Shown here in pieces: positions 12,654 through 20,339 of a stretch of 64,000 nt of DNA. Each line of letters begins with the position of its first letter. Position 1 is the first letter of the stretch. A program made the translations under genes and the position numbers. Source of the DNA: an uncultured Planctomycetota bacterium (lineage in GTDB: Bacteria; Planctomycetota; Planctomycetia; Pirellulales; PNKZ01); the NCBI GenBank assembly GCA_963708675.1, contig CAVPTO010000003.1:1540719-1604718 (forward strand), in the 5' to 3' direction. A model generated the notes under the pieces. That model saw only the letters and a program-made list of their open reading frames with translations, did not search any database and had not been told where the DNA came from.

Positions 12654-13100
12654 TTACGAGCAGCGTTTCTCGATCTCGGTGATCTTCTCGACACGCCGAG
12701 CATGACGGCCACCTTCGAAATCGGTCTTCAACCAAATCTCGACCATGCGGTCGATGAGTCGTTCGCCGAGCATGTCGGACGATAGGCACAACACGTTCAG
12801 GTCGTTGTGCCGACGGCTCATTTCGGCCGACAGATCGTCGTGACACGGCGCCGCACGCACGCCGGGGAACTTGTTGGCGGTGATGCACATGCCGATGCCG
12901 GTGCCGCAAATGAGAATGCCGCGATCGACCTCGTGACGGCTGACCATTTGCGCAACGACCGAGCCGATGTCGGGGTAGTCGACGCTTTCGCAATCGTGCG
13001 TTCCCACGTCGACGCCTTCCTGCTGCAACCGGCGCAGCAGGTCGAGAATGCGTTCTTTGACTGTGAAGCCCCGGTGGTCGCTGCCGACGGCAATTCGCAT
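12654..13100 (-). CDS. rpiB: ribose 5-phosphate isomerase B
   Basis: MRIAVGSDHRGFTVKERIL...GILICGTGIGMCITANKFPGVRAA...RRHNDLNVLCL matches the RpiB/LacAB family. Start at ATG 13100. Confidence 0.9.
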   Translation of the reverse strand: MRIAVGSDHRGFTVKERILDLLRRLQQEGVDVGTHDCESVDYPDIGSVVAQMVSRHEVDRGILICGTGIGMCITANKFPGVRAAPCHDDLSAEMSRRHNDLNVLCLSSDMLGERLIDRMVEIWLKTDFEGGRHARRVEKITEIEKRCS

Positions 13101-13117
13101 AGTTGCGTTCCTTACGT

Positions 13118-14284
13118 TCACTCGCCTTTCGACGTGTTTGCCCCGCCAATACCTAAATAGTCGAGCCAGCCATCGAGTTCACCGCGAATTTGCGTCGCAC
13201 ATCGGCGGTACAACTCGGCCGGCCCGCCGACGGGGTCGCCGACATCGGAACCCGACTGAGACAGCAGCTTCGTGCGTCCCGCAGCTTCGGGCCACTCCGA
13301 CAAAATCGCCTGGCGATGCGATCGCGTCATCGTCAGCACCAGATCGGCATGATGCACGAGCGCTTCGGTGAGCGGTTGACTCTCATGCGTAGAAATATCG
13401 ATGCCCATTTCACGCAGCACCACGACTGACTCGGTGCTTGCGCGGCCACCGGTCATCGCGGCCAGTCCTGCCGAGACGACGATTAACCCGTGATCTTCGA
13501 CTTCGTCGGCGCGACAACCGATCCGATCAGCGGCGGCACGTCGGAACATGCCCTCAGCCATCGGGCTACGGCAGGTGTTACCGGTGCAAACGAAGAGCAC
13601 GATCGTGCTCGCCAAACGTTTCAAGGCCTGCGGCGATACGACGCCGACACGCATCATTTCGTAGCGGTTGTCGTCGACGCGGACGACGCTCGAAGGCTGG
13701 CCGAAACGACTGCGGCCGTCATCGAGGACCAGTTTGATGTGATTCGACGACGCCTCGATCACCTCTTGCGCAGTGATGGCGTCGTGAAAGTCCTTGCGCG
13801 GAGCGTTGGCCATCACGACGGGACCGGCGAGCAATCGCAAAACGTCGTGCAAGGCTTTGTGTGCCGGCACGCCGAGACCGATGTGCCCCTCGGGCGCGAT
13901 CGCCTTTTGAACGGCGGGCGAAAGCTGCCGCAGTAGGCTGTCGGGATGATGGTCCTCAGCGACCAACGTGAGCGGACCTGGCCAGCAACGGCGGCCGAGA
14001 CGTTGGCCCATCGAGCAGAGGTCGGGAACGTAATCGAGCGCTTCGTCGGCACTACGGATCGCCAGCGACATCGGATTCCGACCGTGGCCGTGCGCGGCCG
14101 CGGCATGGTGAGCGATGCCGGCCAAACGTTGGATGGCGGGCTCACTCAAAGCACTGGCAGCCAGCACGTAGACCGTCTCAGTCGGAAAGGCGACGACTTC
14201 CCCCTCGGCAAGTGCCTGGACGGCACGATGCACCACATCGCGCGAGTCTTCCGCGCTTCGGACATCGATAACGTGTGGAGGCAT
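13118..14284 (-). CDS. fusion protein: YrdC/Sua5-type threonylcarbamoyl-AMP synthase domain plus low-molecular-weight protein (Tyr/Arg) phosphatase domain
   Basis: N-terminus ...EGEVVAFPTETVYVLAASAL... is a YrdC fold. C-terminus IVLFVCTGNTCRSPMAEGMF... is the CX5R(S) P-loop of LMW-PTP/YwlE. It sits next to rpiB, as in B. subtilis ywlC-ywlE-ywlF. Confidence 0.8.
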   Translation of the reverse strand: MPPHVIDVRSAEDSRDVVHRAVQALAEGEVVAFPTETVYVLAASALSEPAIQRLAGIAHHAAAAHGHGRNPMSLAIRSADEALDYVPDLCSMGQRLGRRCWPGPLTLVAEDHHPDSLLRQLSPAVQKAIAPEGHIGLGVPAHKALHDVLRLLAGPVVMANAPRKDFHDAITAQEVIEASSNHIKLVLDDGRSRFGQPSSVVRVDDNRYEMMRVGVVSPQALKRLASTIVLFVCTGNTCRSPMAEGMFRRAAADRIGCRADEVEDHGLIVVSAGLAAMTGGRASTESVVVLREMGIDISTHESQPLTEALVHHADLVLTMTRSHRQAILSEWPEAAGRTKLLSQSGSDVGDPVGGPAELYRRCATQIRGELDGWLDYLGIGGANTSKGE

Positions 14285-14644
14285 GGGAGAAGACGAAACG
14301 GCGACAGGTCTGGCGGGACCAGCATCTTCGCACGCCGGGCGCCGTTTCTTACGCTGGGCGTTTGCGGAGTGCTGTTGCCCGCGTCGATAAGGTTCGAGTT
14401 CGTGGGGCCCGACCAGCCAGCAGTGCAGGCGGGACGGAGGTGTCGGAAGCGAAGATGGGCACCTCGCCTATCCGAAACGTAATGGATTACTATACAGGTG
14501 CTTACGCAGAATCGTCAAGTGGATAAACCACCCAAACAGAGGGGTATTCACGATCAGAAATGAGCATAGCTAGCGCTCTAAGTGCTTATCTTATGGTGCG
14601 CTCCGCTACACTGATGTCGTTCGTTCGCAACGGGAGCTTGTCAC

Positions 14645-15754
14645 TTGGCACGTGTTGTTGTCGCAATGTCGGGGGGAGTGGACAGTAGTGTCGCCGCGCA
14701 CCTGCTGCGGACCGAGGGACACGACATCGTTGGATTGTTCATGCGGCATGGTCAGGCGGCTCCCGGTGCTTGCGCCACCGGTGCCAGTCCAGCGGCGCTT
14801 CCGATCGTGACCCCTGCGGCTCACAAGCAAGGCTGCTGCAGCGCCAGCGATGCCGACGACGCACGACATGTGGCCGACCGACTCGATATTCCATTCTACG
14901 CCCTGAATTTCGAGCAGGAGTTCGGGCGGATCATCGACTACTTCGTCGACGAGTACACCTCGGGCCGAACGCCGAACCCGTGCGTGATGTGCAATAACTG
15001 GCTGAAGTTCGGCAAGTTGTTCGATTACGCCGACCAGATCGGGGCTGATCTCGTCGCGACGGGGCACTACGCCCAAATCGGTCGTGGCGCGGCGGGCGAG
15101 ACGACACTGTTGCGCGGCATGGATGCCAGTAAGGACCAATCGTACGTGCTGTTTGGCATCGAGCGGCGCAACCTCGACCGCGTGTTGTTCCCCATCGGCG
15201 GATATCAGAAGGCCGACATTCGCGCGATGGCCAAGGACCTGGGTCTGCGCGTCGCCGACAAAAAGGACAGCCAAGAGATTTGCTTCGTGCCTGACGGCGA
15301 CTACGCGAAGTTCGTCGAGACGCGTTTGGGCGACGACTTCGAGAGCGCTGGTGAGTTAGTCACGGTCGAAGGGGACGTTGTCGGTCATCACGCCGGCGTA
15401 CAGCATTACACGATCGGGCAGCGTAAGGGCTTGGGCGTCGCCTTCGGCGAGCCGCGCTACGTCGTGCGCCTTGAACCCGTGGAGCGACGCGTCGTGATCG
15501 GAACGCGCGAACAGTTAGCCCGCAACGAGTTCACCGCAAGCGCCGTGAATTGGCTCATCGACGAACCGCCCGCCGCGTTCGAGTGCGACGTGAAGATTCG
15601 CTATCTCAGCAAGCCAACCGCGGCAACGATCACGCCGCTGTCCGAACGCCGCATGCGTGTCGCGTTGCACGAGCCGCGTGACGGCGTAGCCCCCGGCCAG
15701 GCCGCTGTGTGTTACGACGGCGACCGCGTGTTGGGCGGCGGGTGGATTGAGTGA
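14645..15754 (+). CDS. mnmA: tRNA 2-thiouridine(34) synthase MnmA
   Basis: VVVAMSGGVDSSVAAHLL (PP-loop), ...GRTPNPCVMCNNWLKFG..., DKKDSQEICF. TTG start at 14645. Confidence 0.9.
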   Translation: MARVVVAMSGGVDSSVAAHLLRTEGHDIVGLFMRHGQAAPGACATGASPAALPIVTPAAHKQGCCSASDADDARHVADRLDIPFYALNFEQEFGRIIDYFVDEYTSGRTPNPCVMCNNWLKFGKLFDYADQIGADLVATGHYAQIGRGAAGETTLLRGMDASKDQSYVLFGIERRNLDRVLFPIGGYQKADIRAMAKDLGLRVADKKDSQEICFVPDGDYAKFVETRLGDDFESAGELVTVEGDVVGHHAGVQHYTIGQRKGLGVAFGEPRYVVRLEPVERRVVIGTREQLARNEFTASAVNWLIDEPPAAFECDVKIRYLSKPTAATITPLSERRMRVALHEPRDGVAPGQAAVCYDGDRVLGGGWIE

Positions 15755-15824
15755 AGATGGAGAGAAATTCCAATACGTAGAATGTCCCGTTGTCGACCCC
15801 TAGTGACGCGGAAACAAGAACGTT

Positions 15825-16169
15825 CTATTGACCATTCACTACCTCATCCGCATCCTCGACGGATTTGAATTCGCGAACGATCTCTATGTCTTCGACTGGA
15901 AACCAATATGTCATCTCCGGAACTTCCTCGGCAGCGCCGGGAAGATTGATGGACTCACCCACTAGAAAGGCGCGACCAGCGATCCGCTTGATCCGGGGAT
16001 TTTGAACAACCGCACCGCTGATCGGAAGCGGAACCTGCACCCCTACGAGTTTCTGTGTGAAAATCGTGTCGTCTGAACTAGCCGTCGACGAGTCGTGCTT
16101 CTTAGCGGACACTAATCCCACTGCGACAATCGCTACTGCAAAGGTCAGAGCACCCGTCTTAAGATTCAT
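15825..16169 (-). CDS. secreted/anchored hypothetical protein
   Basis: MNLKTGALTFAVAIVAVGLVSAKKHD... is a signal/anchor sequence, from ATG 16169. The upstream part of ORF 15825..16286 is discarded. Confidence 0.5.
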   Translation of the reverse strand: MNLKTGALTFAVAIVAVGLVSAKKHDSSTASSDDTIFTQKLVGVQVPLPISGAVVQNPRIKRIAGRAFLVGESINLPGAAEEVPEMTYWFPVEDIEIVREFKSVEDADEVVNGQ

Positions 16170-16778
16170 ACGCTGACTCCCTTCGTATTCTACAACGACC
16201 ACCCAAAGAATCCGTATAAGCCGTGGGGCTGTTGCACGAGTGGATGCTCGTGAAAGAGATTGATTGTTGTGTGGACGAATCAACACGGTTACACAGGGCC
16301 CACGACCTTGAAGACGATTATCGGTTTAGACCTCAGCAAGTACAACGGTGTGGCGTGCACGTTCTTCACGCAGGAAGCACTCGATGAGTTCAGCCCGTCA
16401 TCTAAGGATCAATAGCCGGCGAGGCTCACGCTTGAAAGTAGGCCATCGCAGGCCGTATGTTGGCCGACTCGCGATGTCGCGATTGTGGTGATTCCGGGCG
16501 GCGATGGATCGCAGAAAACTCGGGAGGTTTCTAGCGCAACCCCCCTGGGAACCCTCAGGAATCGGGACGAAAAACGCGGGGAGTTTTTTGCGATGAAAAT
16601 GGTTAGCCGCGGCGCGCGGCGGAGCGCGGGTGTGGTAAGTGATGCCGTTGGGCGATGGGGCGCACAATCGCGCTCCGCTGGCGCGTCGCGGCTAACCGAC
16701 GCAACCAATTTGAATGTGATTTATTCGCGTAATTCGATGCGCAGGTAGCGCGACCTGGGGGCGGCAGGCGATCGGACG

Positions 16779-17909
16779 CTAATGCGTCGAGGCGTACCAT
16801 GCGATGGTTGCGATAGTTGCCAGGGCGGCCAGGGCGACGGTGGTGATCTTAGCCCAACTGTCAGGGCGCGAACCGGAGATTTCGCCGGTGCGGGCGTTGA
16901 CCAGAATGCGATACGTCTGGTCGTGGTAACGATAGATCGCCAGCCAAATGGGCAGCAGCACGTGTTTGAACGTCACGCCTACGTGTTGCGTGTTGACTGT
17001 CGCGAGTTGTTGATGGTCGCCGCCGATGTCACGGCAACAAAGCTTGCGGATCTCGACATCCACGGCCTGTTGTGCCAAGGCGAAACCATCTCCTAGGCCG
17101 ACGGTGTAGCGCTCGGTCTTAAAGCCAGAAAGAAACTCTGGCTGGAACGGCGTGAGGCTGTTCAAGTCCCACGGCTCAAGCGTCGCGACCATGTCAGAAG
17201 GCAAGCTGTGCGAGGCGCAAACCAAAACGTCGTCGAAGAAGTGATCAACCTCTCCGGACGCGCTGCTCCATTCTGTACGCGTCACCTGTCGGGTCTTCGT
17301 TTCGGCGATTCCTTGCGAATTGGTTTCTGTATAGGTTTGGGTTTCGGTGTAGTCATCACCGCGCTGACCCGTGTAGTGCGTGTACGTCATCGAGTCGAAC
17401 GTCCAAAACGGCACGTAGACTCCGGAGAGCTGTCCAAGGTTAGCAAACTGCTTCAGCGAGTTCGGCGCAAACCATAGGCCAGCGATCCAACGGTTGAACG
17501 CTTCGACTCCTTTCCGCTGGCTCACGGCGAACGGCAGCAACGATTCGGGCGCAATCATCGCCTCGGCCGTGTGCGGCGCGTTGTGGAGCGGCGCCGCGCA
17601 GAAAGGGCAATGATCGGTTACGACTTTGTCTTCGAGCAGCACCACCGCCCCACACCCACCGCATCGGACCTCAGTGGATCGCCCGTCGAGTGTCGTTTCG
17701 TTGGTGGCCTGCTTCTCTAAGTACGTCTCGAAGTCGCGCTCTTCGATGGCTTGAGTCTGGGGCGCGATCGGTTCAACGTAGCCGCAATACGGGCACTTGA
17801 GAGCGCGCGACGTTGGATCGAACGAGAGCTTCGCCCCGCATCGTTTGCAAGGAAACTTGCGACCCTCGGGAGGCAAGCTATCGACCTTCGGCGTCGGCGC
17901 TAAGTTCAT
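16779..17909 (-). CDS. zinc-ribbon protein with a C-terminal TM anchor (YdjG-like partner of the SPFH protein)
   Basis: Two CxxC...CxxC ribbons (CKRCGAKLSF...CPYCG; CGGCGAVV...CPFCAAPL) and a C-terminal hydrophobic tail ITTVALAALATIATIAWY. It lies directly downstream of the SPFH gene. Confidence 0.65.
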   Translation of the reverse strand: MNLAPTPKVDSLPPEGRKFPCKRCGAKLSFDPTSRALKCPYCGYVEPIAPQTQAIEERDFETYLEKQATNETTLDGRSTEVRCGGCGAVVLLEDKVVTDHCPFCAAPLHNAPHTAEAMIAPESLLPFAVSQRKGVEAFNRWIAGLWFAPNSLKQFANLGQLSGVYVPFWTFDSMTYTHYTGQRGDDYTETQTYTETNSQGIAETKTRQVTRTEWSSASGEVDHFFDDVLVCASHSLPSDMVATLEPWDLNSLTPFQPEFLSGFKTERYTVGLGDGFALAQQAVDVEIRKLCCRDIGGDHQQLATVNTQHVGVTFKHVLLPIWLAIYRYHDQTYRILVNARTGEISGSRPDSWAKITTVALAALATIATIAWYASTH

Positions 17910-17976
17910 GCAAAGGAAACCACAACGAACGCAGATTGCTGGGGATCACGGACGATCCGACCCACGAGTTCGGTGG

Positions 17977-19080
17977 TTACTTCGGCAACGGCGGCGGAAT
18001 GGCGCCCAACAGGCTTTGCAGTTCAGGCAGTGTGCCGGCCGCGACCCATGCGGCCATTCCCTGTCGCCATACGAGCGATTCACACGTGAGCGCGCCCTCG
18101 CTGGCTTTTGCGGAGAGTTCGGCCGGATTGAATGGGCCAGCCTGCTGTCCGTTGATCGCCACGTAGAACACTTGCGAACTTAAGGGTGGCGGTCCACCAG
18201 CAGCTGTCGCGGGGTTTACGGCTGCGCCCAGTTGGTTGGCCATTTGCTGCCCGATCGCGACTCCTGCACCAAGCCCAACCCCGGCACCAGCGACGCCGCC
18301 AGGGTTCTTGGCTGCGTCGCCGATGGCCGTAGCCGTCTGATAGCGCGTGTACTGATTCATGTCGCCGAGCACGCCCATTTTGGTGCGAGTGTCGAGCGCT
18401 TGTTCGACTTCCTCCGGCAGCGAGATGTTCTCGATATAGAAAAGCGTGAGCGCCAAACCCAGCATCGCCAGATCAGGCCGAATCGTTTCCATCGCTAAGT
18501 TGCTGATCTTGTCGTAGTTGCCCGCCAGATCGAGGACCGGAATCTTTGCGTGTCCCATCACGTCGACAAACCGCGCGACGATGGTGTTGCGCAGCTGATT
18601 CGAGATTTCGTACGACTCGAACGATGGATCGGTAACGACGAGCTGTCGCAGAAAGACCGCGGGGTCGGCGACGTGCATGGCGTAAGTGCCGTACGCGCGA
18701 ATGCGAACGGGTCCGAATTCCGGATCGCGGAGCATGATCGGATTCTGGGTACCCCATTTCTGGTCGGTCCACTGCCGCATCGAGATGAAGTACACTTCGG
18801 CCTTGAACGGCGAGTTGAAACCATACTTCCATCCGCGCAATGTCGCCAAGATTGGCATGTTTTGGGTGTTGAGCGTGTAGGTGCCTGGCGTGAACACGTC
18901 GGCCAACTGACCTTCGTTGACGAACACGGCAGTCTGTCCCTCGCGCACGATGAGCTTCGCACCCATCTTGATTTCGTTCTGGTAGCGCGGAAACCGGTAG
19001 GCCAACACGTCGTTTTGCGACGGCTCGGTCCACTCGATGATGTCGACCAACTCAGCCCGAAGTTTGTCCATGAGTCCCAT
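17977..19080 (-). CDS. SPFH/band-7-like (YdjI-type) protein with a C-terminal GYF_2 domain
   Basis: MGLMDKLRAELVDIIEWTEPSQNDVLAYRFPRYQNEIKMGAKLIVREGQTAVFVNEGQLADVF... matches the YdjI/virion-core-like SPFH family. The C-terminus FYVAINGQQAGPFNPAEL...LVWRQGMAAWVAAGTLPEL is a GYF_2 motif. Confidence 0.75.
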   Translation of the reverse strand: MGLMDKLRAELVDIIEWTEPSQNDVLAYRFPRYQNEIKMGAKLIVREGQTAVFVNEGQLADVFTPGTYTLNTQNMPILATLRGWKYGFNSPFKAEVYFISMRQWTDQKWGTQNPIMLRDPEFGPVRIRAYGTYAMHVADPAVFLRQLVVTDPSFESYEISNQLRNTIVARFVDVMGHAKIPVLDLAGNYDKISNLAMETIRPDLAMLGLALTLFYIENISLPEEVEQALDTRTKMGVLGDMNQYTRYQTATAIGDAAKNPGGVAGAGVGLGAGVAIGQQMANQLGAAVNPATAAGGPPPLSSQVFYVAINGQQAGPFNPAELSAKASEGALTCESLVWRQGMAAWVAAGTLPELQSLLGAIPPPLPK

Positions 19081-19269
19081 GAGCTACTCCTGCGTTTTGC
19101 GAACTAGCAACACGTAGTTCGTATGTGAGGTCACGGCCTACAACCGATTTTCGATTACCGAGAAGTCTGAGCGGGTGCATCATCTCATTAGCGTGAAACG
19201 AAAACAACGATTTCGAGCCGACGGAATTTTGTCGCGCCGGCGGAGCGCGTCGCAAGCGACGCGGCTAAC

Positions 19270-20204
19270 CTACTCGCGTAATACGATACGCAGGTAGCGC
19301 TGCGTGCGGTCGGCGTCGTGGGGGCGACCGGCGCTGCGGAAGTCGTCGGCGAGATTGCGAAGCATGCGGGCGAGCGAGTCGCGCGGCGTGGCGGGGGTGA
19401 GGTGCGTCGCGTGGTCGAAACCGAAGCCGAGGCCGGCGACGACGTCTTCGAGTTCGTCGAAGGTATAGATCTTTCCGGCGGCGTAAGGATCGATGACCAT
19501 CTCGTCTTCGGCGTGACCGCGCGGGGCGTCGTACTTGACCATGTAACGGCCGGGGATCGGGAGGCCGCGAAGGGGCAAGCCGTGGCGGCGCCCGACGGCG
19601 ATCATGACGTGCGAGAGCATGATCGGGAGGCCCTTGCGCGTGGCGAGGACCTGTTCGAGGGAGCTGTTCGCGGGATCGTCGTAGTTGGCGGCGTTGCCGG
19701 TGAAGCCTTCTTGGACGAAGAGCGCGTCGCATAGGGCTTCGACGGCTTCGCGAGCGGGCAGCTCGCTCAGTTTTCGGGCGCGACGAGATCGCCGACACGC
19801 TCGGCTAACTCGTCGAGTGACTTCAACAATTCGGGTGAACGGATTAGAGGGTTACCGATGCGGGCGACGAGCACCATGCCGCGTTCGAGGTCGAGCTTTT
19901 CGTCCGACGCGATCGCCAGTGCTTCGAACTCACCGACGAGCAGCTCGTCCTGAATCGCCTGCGAGATGCGGCGTGCTCGTGAACGAACCTCGGCCGAGGG
20001 GCTGTCGAGGATCTGATCGAGGGTTGGCAGAGCCGCGACGCCGGCCTGTCGCAACGTGCGTTCGGCGGCCTGGCGATCGGCGAAGCTGTCGCTGTCGAGC
20101 TGTGCTGCGAGGCGCTCAAAGTCGAGCGGCGGCTCGGCGGCTTTTGAAGGCTGCCGACTTGGCAGCAGAAGCGTCAGAACGATGACCATCGCGGTGCGTC
20201 GCAT
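19270..20204 (-). pseudogene. secreted transglutaminase-like / SirB1-family protein with an apparent frameshift at the A4 run (plus-strand TTTT 19771-19774)
   Basis: ORF 19767..20261 ends ...SLDELAERVGDLVAPEN*. The next frame reads (A)RKLSELPAREAVEALCDALFVQEGFTGNAANYDDPANSSLEQVLATRKGLPIMLSHVMIAVGRRHGLP... and has no ATG/GTG/TTG upstream of 19620. One extra A fuses the two frames. Start MRRTAMVIVLTLLL at 20204. Confidence 0.75.
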
Positions 20205-20245
20205 GATCGCGCAGTGTAAGCGATCGCCATGCAACGCGCGCAAAG

Positions 20246-20281
20246 AAAAACGGCGGGCCAACCCTCTTGGTTGACCCGCCG
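20246..20281 (-). terminator. rho-independent terminator of the YTV-repeat gene
   Basis: On the minus strand: CGGCGGGTCAACC-aagag-GGTTGGCCCGCCG followed by TTTTT, 60 nt after the stop at 20340. Confidence 0.65.
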
Positions 20282-20339
20282 TCTTTATGACAACCAGGCC
20301 CTCTTCACATGCGTCGAAGAGGCGTGACGTTTTAACTAA

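Noticed and set aside
15772-15788. 17-mer AATA(C/A)GTAGAATGTCCC found twice (15772 and 44132), plus a 13-bp tandem CTATTCTGTCCTC x2 at 44149-44174
   Set aside because: Only two copies occur in the window, with no clear structure or downstream gene in common. It may be a -10-like TAGAAT promoter fragment or chance. There is not enough evidence for a call.
19767-19780. Programmed -1 frameshifting as the explanation for the split transglutaminase-like gene
   Set aside because: The junction (GCG CCC GAA AAC TGA) is not an X_XXY_YYZ slippery heptamer that allows re-pairing of both tRNAs. A 1-nt deletion in the A4 run is the simpler explanation.
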